Assembly: GCA_050257855.1 (NCBI GenBank)
Contig: JBLMXQ010000040.1
Location: 7,059-71,058, forward strand
Reading direction: 5' to 3'
Source: Betaproteobacteria bacterium
Lineage (GTDB): Bacteria > Acidobacteriota > Vicinamibacteria > Vicinamibacterales > CAVVIG01
Length of the DNA stretch: 64,000 nucleotides
The notes beneath the pieces are model-generated. The model worked only from the letters and a program-made list of their open reading frames with translations, was not told where the DNA came from and made no database searches. Positions 1 to 7,461 of the stretch are shown here, piece after piece. How positions within the stretch are numbered: position 1 is the first letter of the stretch; the number at the start of each line of letters is the position of its first letter. Position numbers and translations under genes: made by a program.

Positions 1-576
1 AACGACCACGTCGGAGTCCTGAGGCGCGATGCGGCGGACCCGACTGTGCTCGACCACCTGTGCGCCATGACGGCGCGCCGCCGCCGCGAGCGCGCGCGTC
101 AGGTCGACGGCACCGACGAACCCGTGCACCGGCACGAGCAGCGCGCCCGTCACGTCGTCGGCAAGATGGGGCTCCTCGGCGTGCGCGGCGTTCCCTTCGA
201 GGAGACCGAGCGACACGCCCCGCGCCTCGAGCCGCGCGGCCAGATTGCGGAGCGCGGTCATGCGGTCAGCGTCGGTGACGACCGCGAGCGTGCCGGTGCG
301 ATGGTAGGCCACGGGGACGCCGCTGTCCGCGGTCACCCGGGCGATGAAGTCGTCGAACACACGGAGCCCGCGCACGGTCAGGTCGAGAAACGGACCGTTT
401 TCCCCGGCTTCGATGTACGGCGCCAGCACGCCGGCGGATGCCTGGGTCGCGCCCATGCCGACGCTGCGTTCGTCGACGATCTGCACCGAGGCGCCGCGCC
501 GCGCCAGCTCGTACGCTACGGCACAGCCAACGACGCCAGCACCGACGACAACGACGTCCGACGGGCCATCTCCCAT
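1..576 (-). CDS. FAD-dependent oxidoreductase, DAO / glycine-oxidase (ThiO)-like; the 3' end lies beyond the window start
   Basis: Minus-strand frame open from ATG (complement of 574-576) to the window edge; it is absent from the ORF track because there is no in-window stop. My translation is MGDGPSDVVVVGAGVVGCAVAYELARRGASVQIVDERSVGMGATQASAGVLAPY..., a classic GxGxxG FAD Rossmann N-terminus of the DAO family. Confidence 0.75.
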   Translation of the reverse strand, partial: MGDGPSDVVVVGAGVVGCAVAYELARRGASVQIVDERSVGMGATQASAGVLAPYIEAGENGPFLDLTVRGLRVFDDFIARVTADSGVPVAYHRTGTLAVVTDADRMTALRNLAARLEARGVSLGLLEGNAAHAEEPHLADDVTGALLVPVHGFVGAVDLTRALAAAARRHGAQVVEHSRVRRIAPQDSDVVV

Positions 577-646
577 GTCCAGTCAGCTTACTACGCGTTC
601 CGGCCCGCTCGAGCCTCGCCGATATCGGGTCGCCCGGGGGAGCGCG

Positions 647-1279
647 TCAGTCCTGCGGCGGGTTCCTTGGAGAAGTCACGAACGGCTTGAAGATCGGTCC
701 GACATGAAATGGCGACGGCGGCAGCTCGGGACCGACGTGAAACGGGGAGGGAAGCAGCTCGGGACCGACGTGAAACGGGGAGGGAGGCAGCCCTGAATCC
801 GGCAGCACGAAAGCGCCGGTCGCGGGGAATACAGTACGCCCCCTGTGACCATGCCCGCGGCGACTGCCGCCGACAGCGAGCGGTACGACCAGCGGGACGA
901 AGGCGACGACCGGCCCTCTGTATTCGATTCCTGTGTCCGGTGCGTCCGGGCCGTGCCCGACGATGACGAGATCGGCCGGGGGCGGCAGTATCGGCTCGGC
1001 CGTCTGCGCGGCGGGCGCGGCCGGCGTCTGTGCTCGGCCGCTGCGCAGCATCGCCAGAAGTACCGGTTCGCTGACGCCTGCGGATCGCAGTGCTATCAGA
1101 CCGTCGGCGTCAATGGAGAAGATGGTCTGGTCGCGGTCGATCATCGCGACGATCACTTGATCCGAGACGCCGGCCTCGGTGAGCGATACGACTTCGTCGA
1201 TCGTGATGGCGGACGCCGGCGCCGGGACCAGTGCAAGTCCGGCTGCCAGCAGGAAGAAGACGAGCGGGAATCGGCGCAC
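647..1279 (-). CDS. Secreted hypothetical protein with C-terminal 11-aa tandem repeats
   Basis: Part of track ORF 647..1393, whose first codon is TTG. The internal GTG at 1279 gives MRRFPLVFFLLAAGLALVPAPASA, a good signal peptide with an AxA site. An Ala/Pro-rich linker follows, and the C-terminus has three LPPSPFHVGPE-type repeats. The start is uncertain (1279 vs 1393). Confidence 0.6.
   Translation of the reverse strand: MRRFPLVFFLLAAGLALVPAPASAITIDEVVSLTEAGVSDQVIVAMIDRDQTIFSIDADGLIALRSAGVSEPVLLAMLRSGRAQTPAAPAAQTAEPILPPPADLVIVGHGPDAPDTGIEYRGPVVAFVPLVVPLAVGGSRRGHGHRGRTVFPATGAFVLPDSGLPPSPFHVGPELLPSPFHVGPELPPSPFHVGPIFKPFVTSPRNPPQD
692..790. repeat. In-frame 33-bp tandem repeat x3 inside the CDS 647..1279
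   Basis: Units 725-757 and 758-790 differ at one base (ctcgggaccgacgtgaaacggggagggaRgcag). Unit 692-724 is degenerate (about 22/33 matches). The repeats encode PSPFHVGPE repeats on the minus strand. Confidence 0.85.
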
Positions 1280-1529
1280 AGCGTATAAGGATCGTGCAAC
1301 GCGCTCGCCAGCCGGCAACGGCCGAAAACGGCCGATAAAAGCGCAAGGGGCGTCCCGGGGGCGCTCATCGACTGCTCTCGCCCCAGGACACAATCCGCCG
1401 GAGGGGACAGTCAGCCGGCACCGCGGTTCTTCGCAACCTGCTGTTTGACAGCGACTTGCGACCTGCCACAGAGGCTGAGCCCGGGCACGCCGCTTGCGTT
1501 CTCAGCCGGACGAGCAAGGAGATTCCGTC

Positions 1530-2483
1530 ATGCTGTCGAATCGACTCGCCTTTGCCGCGGTCGCGGTCGCGTGCGTCGCGGCGGCTGGCGTGGGCGGTTA
1601 CCTGGCGTCGCGCCAGAACGTCGCGCCCACCCCGGTCGCGGCAGCCGTCGCGCCGGCCTCTTCGCCGACGGCCGCGCCTCAGGCGGGTCCCGTCGACGCG
1701 ACCGAAGGCATCGTCAAGACCCCGGCAGCCGAGCCCGCGCCGGCAGCACCGGTCGCGCGCCCGGCGCGCCGTGCCGAGCCGACGCCGCGCGTGACGGCGC
1801 AGCGGACGTCCAGAACCGCACGCACGCAGCCGCCGGCCATTCCGGTCGAGCCCGTGTGGCCGACGGACACGGCCACGCCGCCGCCGCCCCCGCCCGCGAC
1901 CGCCGAAGCGAATTCGACGCAACCGGCCGCACCGGACGACGCTGAGTCCAGGGCCCAGTACGAAGAGCTCGTCGTCGCGGCGGATTCGGTGATCGGCCTG
2001 CAGATCGACCATTCGGTGTCGAGCGAGACCGCGCGCGTCGAGGACCGCGTCGAGGCGCGGGTGACGCGCGACGTAAGGGTCGGCAACGAGGTCGCGATCC
2101 CGGCCGGTACCGAAGCCATCGGGTCGGTGACGCAGGTCGAGCGCGGCGGCAAGTTCAAGGAGCGCGCGCGTCTCGGCATTCGATTCCACACGCTGGTACT
2201 CGCGGACGGCACGAGGCTGCCGATCAGCACCGAGACGATTTACCGTGAGGGCGAAGGCCCTGGCGATGCCGCGGCATCGCGCATCGGCGGCGGCGCCGTC
2301 GCGGGCGCGATTCTCGGCGCGATTCTCGGCGGCGCGCGAGGCGCGGCGATCGGCGCGACCACCGGCGCGGGTGCCGGAACGGCGGTGGTCGCCTCCGGCG
2401 ATCGCCGATTCGTGACGCTGCCCGCTGGCTCGCCCATGACCGTGCGCATCCTGGCGCCGGTCAGCGTCACGGTCGAAAAGTAG
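1530..2483 (+). CDS. Membrane-anchored hypothetical protein (N-terminal TM, Pro/Ala-rich linker, beta-rich domain, glycine-zipper-like segment)
   Basis: The track ORF 1494..2483 starts at TTG. I prefer ATG 1530, which is preceded by AAGGAG at 1516-1521. Supporting segments are the TM MLSNRLAFAAVAVACVAAAGVGGYL, a PAPAAP-rich linker and GGGAVAGAILGAILGGARGAAIGATTGAGAG near the C-terminus. A strong hairpin lies downstream. Confidence 0.65.
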   Translation: MLSNRLAFAAVAVACVAAAGVGGYLASRQNVAPTPVAAAVAPASSPTAAPQAGPVDATEGIVKTPAAEPAPAAPVARPARRAEPTPRVTAQRTSRTARTQPPAIPVEPVWPTDTATPPPPPPATAEANSTQPAAPDDAESRAQYEELVVAADSVIGLQIDHSVSSETARVEDRVEARVTRDVRVGNEVAIPAGTEAIGSVTQVERGGKFKERARLGIRFHTLVLADGTRLPISTETIYREGEGPGDAAASRIGGGAVAGAILGAILGGARGAAIGATTGAGAGTAVVASGDRRFVTLPAGSPMTVRILAPVSVTVEK

Positions 2484-2500
2484 ATCGAACAGCGGCGATC

Positions 2501-2525
2501 CGGCGGCCTGTTCGGCAGGCCGCCG
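2501..2525 (+). terminator. Intrinsic-terminator-like hairpin after CDS 1530..2483
   Basis: Perfect 10-bp stem cggcggcctg / caggccgccg with loop ttcgg. It starts 18 nt after the TAG stop and is followed by the T-containing tail tgtcgatttcc. Confidence 0.55.
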
Positions 2526-2584
2526 TGTCGATTTCCTGGTCTCCCGTGGACCAGTTGGAACATTCGAGGGTGGTGCCGCGTCAA

Positions 2585-2603
2585 TACCTTGTGACACAAG
2601 GTA
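2585..2603. promoter_or_regulatory. Perfect 19-bp palindrome, candidate PadR operator abutting the padR start codon
   Basis: TACCTTGTG-A-CACAAGGTA is a perfect inverted repeat around a central A. Its last base is the A of the ATG at 2603. Confidence 0.5.
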
Positions 2604-2977
2604 TGCCGCTGGACACCTGGCTGGAACAGCTTCGGCGCGGAGGACTCGACCTGGCCATCCTCCTTTCGGTCTCGGCCGGCCCCCGCTACGGCCTCGCCCT
2701 CATCCAGCATCTCGAAGAATTCACCGACCTGGTCGTCACCGAAGGCACGATCTACCCGATTCTGGCGAGGCTCACGCGGGAGGGGCTGCTCGCCGCCGAG
2801 TGGGTGGAGGGCGAAGCGGCGCACCCGCGCAAGTACTACCGGCTCACCCGCACGGGCGAGAAGCGGCTTGCCGCGATGACCGGCGAGTGGCGAACGTTCG
2901 CCGGAAAGATCGACCGCCTGATCGACGCCGCAGGGCGCGAGCGCGGCGCGAGGCCGCTGGGAGACCGCCACTCATGA
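2603..2977 (+). CDS. PadR family transcriptional regulator
   Basis: Contains LDLAILLSVSAGPRYGLALIQHLEEFTDLVVTEGTIYPILARLTREGLLAAEWVEGEAAHPRKYYRLTRTGEKRL, the PadR winged-helix signature. The track ORF start (GTG 2525) lies inside the upstream terminator hairpin, so I chose ATG 2603. Confidence 0.85.
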   Translation: MPLDTWLEQLRRGGLDLAILLSVSAGPRYGLALIQHLEEFTDLVVTEGTIYPILARLTREGLLAAEWVEGEAAHPRKYYRLTRTGEKRLAAMTGEWRTFAGKIDRLIDAAGRERGARPLGDRHS

Positions 2978-3597
2978 CGCTGAGCCAGACGGGGGAATCG
3001 CGCGTCAACGGCTACATGTTCGTGCTCCAGCGGTCGCTGTCGACCTTCCTGCCGCGCGACATCGTCAGCGACGCGGTACGCGAAATCGAATCGCATCTGC
3101 GCGAACGGATCGCCGCCTCGGACGGCACGCCGAACGAGCGCGACGCGCTCGAGCGTATTCTCGCCGAGCTCGGGCCGCCGCTCCGCGTGGCCCAGGCGTA
3201 TTCGACCGAACGGATCATCGATGAAGCGGTGACGACCGGACGAGTCGTGCCGATCCTGCGCGCCATCTGGCACATGGCCATGACGACCATCTCCGGTTTC
3301 TTCGTCGGCCTCGGACTACTCATCGGCTACGCGGTGGCCGGAGCACTGGTCCTGGTCGCGATCATGAAGCCGGTGTTTCCGGACAACACCGGGATCTGGG
3401 TGGGGCCTGACACGTTCGCCATCGGCGCCCATTTCCCGCCGCCGCCCGGCCTGACGTTGTACGGCGGCTACTGGTTCATTCCGTTCGCGCTCGCCGGAGG
3501 GCTCGCGATCCTGGTCCTGACGCACCGGCTTGCGCGCAGGCTGCTCGCCCGCTGGCAGGCGCGTCGCTCTGGCGCGTCGGGTGGGTTCGTAGGATGA
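2974..3597 (+). CDS. PadR-associated membrane protein (DUF1700/HAAS-like sensor-anchor)
   Basis: ATG 2974 overlaps the padR stop (ATGA). The N-terminal helical domain is VNGYMFVLQRSLSTFLPRDIVSDAVREIESHLRERI, followed by several TM segments. This architecture is typical of the partner genes of PadR regulators. Confidence 0.75.
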   Translation: MTLSQTGESRVNGYMFVLQRSLSTFLPRDIVSDAVREIESHLRERIAASDGTPNERDALERILAELGPPLRVAQAYSTERIIDEAVTTGRVVPILRAIWHMAMTTISGFFVGLGLLIGYAVAGALVLVAIMKPVFPDNTGIWVGPDTFAIGAHFPPPPGLTLYGGYWFIPFALAGGLAILVLTHRLARRLLARWQARRSGASGGFVG

Positions 3598-3628
3598 TGG
3601 ACCCTCCACGCGTATTCAGGAGGGACCC

Positions 3629-4171
3629 ATGACGCGTTCCCTGATCCTCGCAGCGGCCGTGGCCGTTGGTCTGTCCGCCGGACCAGCCGGCGCTCAGCAG
3701 GTCACCAGGGGCGAGATTCCCGGCATCCGGAATTTCGCACGGCTCGAAACGACGGTTGCGTGCGGCGGCGCCGTGAAGACCGACTCCGTGCCGGAGATCG
3801 AGAAGATGGGCTTCAAGGCCATCTTCAACCTGCGGCTCGCGAGCGAGCCCGGAGCGGACATCGCGGGCGAGGAAGCGGCGGCAAAGGCGGTCGGTCTGAA
3901 CTACATCCACGTGCCGTTCACGCCGAGATCACCCGATCCCGCCTCGGTCGACAAGTTCCTCGCTGCTATCAAGGACCCGGCCAACGATCCCGCGTTCATC
4001 CACTGCTCGGGCGGAAACCGTGCTGCCGGGTTCTGGCTGATCAAACGCGTGCTGGTCGATCACTGGGATACGGCCCGTGCCGTCAAGGAAGCCGAGACGC
4101 TCGGTTTGAACGACAAGGGCGCCATGAAACGATTCGCCCTCGAGTACATCAACTCACACAAAGCCCTGTGA
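3629..4171 (+). CDS. Secreted Cys-based (HCX5R) phosphatase-like protein (DSP/DUF442-like)
   Basis: Signal peptide MTRSLILAAAVAVGLSAGPAGAQQ and active-site-like motif FIHCSGGNRAAGFW (HCxxGxxR). The Shine-Dalgarno sequence GGAGGG lies at 3619-3624. Confidence 0.7.
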   Translation: MTRSLILAAAVAVGLSAGPAGAQQVTRGEIPGIRNFARLETTVACGGAVKTDSVPEIEKMGFKAIFNLRLASEPGADIAGEEAAAKAVGLNYIHVPFTPRSPDPASVDKFLAAIKDPANDPAFIHCSGGNRAAGFWLIKRVLVDHWDTARAVKEAETLGLNDKGAMKRFALEYINSHKAL

Positions 4172-5589
4172 CCGGCGACGAATTCCGCCGGGCAGGACAC
4201 GCGCTGGTCGACTGGATCGCCGACTACCTCGAGCACTCGGACAAGTACCCGGTCCTCGCGCGGGTCGCGCCGGGCGACATCCGTCAGGCGCTTCCGCGCG
4301 AGGCTCCCGAGCAGGGCGAGCCGTTCGAAGCGATCATGGCCGACTTCGAGCGCGTGATCGTGCCCGCCCTCACGCACTGGAACCACCCGGGGTTCTTCGC
4401 GTACTTCGCCATCACGGGCAGCGCGCCCGGCGTGCTCGCCGAATTCCTCTCCGCCGCGCTCAATCAGCAGGCGATGCTCTGGCGCACGTCGCCGGCCGCC
4501 ACCGAGCTCGAGGAAGTGACGCTCGGCTGGCTCCGCCGGCTGATCGGGCTGCCGGAGGCCTTCGAGGGCGTCATCTACGACACCGCGTCAATCGCGACGA
4601 TGCACGCGCTGGTCGCGGCACGCCAGGCCGCGATCCCCGATGTGCGCGCGAAAGGACTGTCCGGCCGGCCCGACGTTCCGCGGATCCGCGTGTACTGCTC
4701 CGAGCAGACGCACTCGTCGATCGACAAGTCCGTGATTGCCATCGGCCTCGGCCACGAGTCGCTCCGCAAGGTGCCGGTGGACGACGCGTTTCGGATGCGC
4801 GTCGACGCGCTCGCGGCCGCTGTCGCGGAAGATCGCGCCGCCGGCCTGCTGCCGATCGCCGTCGTCGCGACGGTCGGCACGACGTCGACGACGAGCGTCG
4901 ATCCGGTCGCGGCCATCGCGGACATCTGCGCGCGCGAGAAGCTGTGGCTGCACGTCGATGCCGCGTACGGCGGTGTGGCGGCCATGCTGCCGGAGCACCG
5001 CTACGTGCTCGACGGCGCGGAGCGCGCCGATTCCTTCGTCGTGAACCCGCACAAGTGGCTGTTCACGCCGTTCGACCTGAGCGCGTTCTACTGCCGCCGC
5101 ATGGACATCGTGCGCGCGGCGTTCTCGCTCACGCCGGAATACCTGCGGACGTCGGACCCGGGATCGGTGAAGAACCTCATGGACACGGGTGTCCAGCTCG
5201 GCCGCCGGTTCAGAGCGCTCAAGCTCTGGATGATCCTGCGCTCGTTCGGCGCCAGCGAGCTTCGCGCGCTCATCGCCGGGCACATGCGACTCGCGCAGGA
5301 ACTGGCGGGCTGGATCGACGCGCACCCCGACTTCGAGCGCATGGCGCCGGTCCCCTTCAGCGTCGTCTGCTTCCGGTGGAAGCCCGCGGGGGGCGCGATG
5401 TCCGACGAGGATCTGGATCGCGCGAACGAGAAGCTGATCGACGACGTCAACCGGACCGGGGAGGTGTTTCTGTCGCACACGCGGCTGCGCGGCCGCGTCG
5501 CGCTCCGCGTGGCGATCGGTCATCTCCGGACGACCAGGCAGCACGTCCGAAGGGCGTGGGAGCTGCTCCAGGAACGGGCAGGGGCATGA
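4168..5589 (+). CDS. Aromatic-L-amino-acid decarboxylase-like group II PLP-dependent decarboxylase
   Basis: GTG 4168 overlaps the upstream stop (GTGA). Motifs: THWNHPGFFAYF, SAALNQQAMLW, and NPHKWLF (PLP-lysine motif). The first 136 aa of track ORF 3760..5589 are an out-of-frame overlap with the phosphatase gene and were discarded. Confidence 0.85.
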   Translation: MTGDEFRRAGHALVDWIADYLEHSDKYPVLARVAPGDIRQALPREAPEQGEPFEAIMADFERVIVPALTHWNHPGFFAYFAITGSAPGVLAEFLSAALNQQAMLWRTSPAATELEEVTLGWLRRLIGLPEAFEGVIYDTASIATMHALVAARQAAIPDVRAKGLSGRPDVPRIRVYCSEQTHSSIDKSVIAIGLGHESLRKVPVDDAFRMRVDALAAAVAEDRAAGLLPIAVVATVGTTSTTSVDPVAAIADICAREKLWLHVDAAYGGVAAMLPEHRYVLDGAERADSFVVNPHKWLFTPFDLSAFYCRRMDIVRAAFSLTPEYLRTSDPGSVKNLMDTGVQLGRRFRALKLWMILRSFGASELRALIAGHMRLAQELAGWIDAHPDFERMAPVPFSVVCFRWKPAGGAMSDEDLDRANEKLIDDVNRTGEVFLSHTRLRGRVALRVAIGHLRTTRQHVRRAWELLQERAGA

Positions 5590-6284
5590 TCACCGTACGT
5601 CACGCCGGCCAGCGGCTGCACACGCACCTCGGCTGGCTCGACAGCTGGCACACGTTCTCGTTCGGCGAGCACTACGACCCTCGCTACATGGGGTTTCGCG
5701 CTCTTCGCGTCATCAACGACGATCGCGTGGCGCCGGGGCAGGGATTCGGCACGCATCCGCACCGCGACATGGAGATCCTGTCGTACGTGCTCGAAGGCGC
5801 GCTGAAACACCGCGACAGCCTCGGTACCGGATCGATGATCGGCGCAGGGGACGTGCAGCGGATGACGGCGGGCACCGGCGTGCTGCACAGCGAGTTCAAC
5901 GCGTCGGATACGGAGCCGGTGCACTTCATCCAGATCTGGATCGAGCCGGAGCGCCAGCGCCTCGAGCCCGAGTACGAACAGCGTCCGTTTCCACCGGCGG
6001 CGCGCCGCGGCCGGCTGACGCTGCTTGCGTCACGGGACGGGCGCGCTGACTCGCTGAGGATTCACCAGGACGTCGATCTCTTCTCGGCCGCGCTCGCGCC
6101 TTCCGACGGCGTTTCGCACTCGATGCGACCCGATCGCCACGCATGGGTGCAGGTCGCGCGCGGCGCCGTGCAACTCAACGGTGTGCGGCTGTCGGCCGGC
6201 GACGGCGCGGCGATCAGCAACGAGTCGGCGCTCGAACTGTCCTCATCGGAAGACAGCGAAGCGCTGCTGTTCGATCTCGTCTGA
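5586..6284 (+). CDS. Pirin family protein (bicupin)
   Basis: ATG 5586 overlaps the upstream stop (ATGA). MITVRHAGQRLHTHLGWLDSWHTFSFGEHYDP...GFGTHPHRDMEILSYVLEGAL is a canonical pirin N-terminal cupin with the HxH...E metal site. Confidence 0.9.
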   Translation: MITVRHAGQRLHTHLGWLDSWHTFSFGEHYDPRYMGFRALRVINDDRVAPGQGFGTHPHRDMEILSYVLEGALKHRDSLGTGSMIGAGDVQRMTAGTGVLHSEFNASDTEPVHFIQIWIEPERQRLEPEYEQRPFPPAARRGRLTLLASRDGRADSLRIHQDVDLFSAALAPSDGVSHSMRPDRHAWVQVARGAVQLNGVRLSAGDGAAISNESALELSSSEDSEALLFDLV

Positions 6285-6403
6285 GTTCCGGTGAGTTCCG
6301 GCGCGGGGCACATCCTTTGCACCGCCACACTCCGAACGCCTGAGCCTTGGGCAGTGACGCGCGTCGCGTCGCGTGCTCGGGCGGACCAAGGAGTGATGAG
6401 CCG

Positions 6404-6964
6404 ATGCGAAGTGCACACACGATGGTGATCGCGACGGCAGCGGCGGTGCTGCTCGTCGCTCCGCAGGCCCGCGCGGACGCATGGGTCAGTCCGTGGGCAG
6501 GCGTGAACTTCGGCAGCCGTGTGAACGACGGCCGTACAGCCCTCGGTCTCGACGCTGGCGGCATGGGGGCCGGAGTGTTCGGCGGCGAACTGGACTTCGG
6601 CTACAGCCCGAGCTTCTTCGGCACGTCCACCGACTTCGGAAACAACACCGTCGTCGATGTGATGGCGAACATCATCATCGGCGTCCCGATCGGCGGAACC
6701 CACGGCGTGGGCGTGCGCCCGTACGTGACCGGCGGCGTCGGCCTGATCCGGTCGCAGATCGACGGCGGCACGCTGTTCGACGTGAAGACGTCGAAGAACG
6801 ACTTCGGCTTCAATCTGGGCGGAGGCGTCATGGGGTTCATGTCCGATCACTTCGGCCTGCGCGGCGACCTCCGCTACTTCCGGACCACGAACAACAGCTT
6901 CGCGAATCTGGGCCTCGGCCAGATGAAGTTCTGGCGTATCTCGGGTGGGCTCGTCTTCAGATAG
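6404..6964 (+). CDS. Outer-membrane beta-barrel protein (OmpW/porin-like small OMP)
   Basis: ATG 6404 is preceded by AAGGAG. Signal peptide MRSAHTMVIATAAAVLLVAPQARADA, alternating Gly/aromatic beta-strand pattern, and a C-terminal ...WRISGGLVFR. Confidence 0.75.
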   Translation: MRSAHTMVIATAAAVLLVAPQARADAWVSPWAGVNFGSRVNDGRTALGLDAGGMGAGVFGGELDFGYSPSFFGTSTDFGNNTVVDVMANIIIGVPIGGTHGVGVRPYVTGGVGLIRSQIDGGTLFDVKTSKNDFGFNLGGGVMGFMSDHFGLRGDLRYFRTTNNSFANLGLGQMKFWRISGGLVFR

Positions 6965-7412
6965 ACAGCCGCCACGCCTCGCGCCACGTTTCCCCCGCAT
7001 CGTCGCTGACGAGCGCGACGGCGCCGTGCGGGGGGAACGTGACCTGGGGCGCGTCTGCTGCGCCAGCCGTCAGCAGCGCGAGCAGCCGCGGCAGATGGGG
7101 AAAATGCCCGGCGACCAGGATGTCGCGGGTTTCGCCGCGCAGCCGGTCGCGCATCCACTCGGGGTTGTCGTCCGGCTGCAGGTCGCGCGACGCGGCGAGC
7201 TCCGCGAACGGATTACACGCCCGCCGGAACGCTTCGGCCGTCTGGCGGGCGCGCAGCTTTCCGCTGTGCCAGATGACGTCCGGCTTCGCGCCGCGGGCGC
7301 CGGCCTCGCGCGCAAGCCGTTCGACCGCATTCCGTCCGGTCGCAGACAGCGGTCGGCGCGAATCGAGATCGGGCCCGACCGCATCGCCGTGGTGAACCAG
7401 ATAGAGGTGCAT
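6957..7412 (-). CDS. sixA: Phosphohistidine phosphatase SixA
   Basis: Internal ATG at 7412 gives MHLYLVHHGDAVGPDLDSRRPLSATG..., the SixA / histidine-phosphatase RHG-type N-terminus with a length of about 151 aa. The upstream extension in track ORF 6957..7508 is Arg/Ser-rich junk. The 3' end overlaps the convergent OMP gene by 8 bp. Confidence 0.8.
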   Translation of the reverse strand: MHLYLVHHGDAVGPDLDSRRPLSATGRNAVERLAREAGARGAKPDVIWHSGKLRARQTAEAFRRACNPFAELAASRDLQPDDNPEWMRDRLRGETRDILVAGHFPHLPRLLALLTAGAADAPQVTFPPHGAVALVSDDAGETWREAWRLSI

Positions 7413-7461
7413 CCGGGTGTCCGGACCGGGGCTGTGCTCGTGGGCCGGGTGCCGGCAGCTC

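Noticed and set aside
1445-1450. A perfect TTGACA hexamer as the -35 of the promoter for CDS 1530..2483.
   Set aside because: No acceptable -10 hexamer lies 16-19 nt downstream (the best is ACAGAG), so the promoter call is not supportable from sequence alone.
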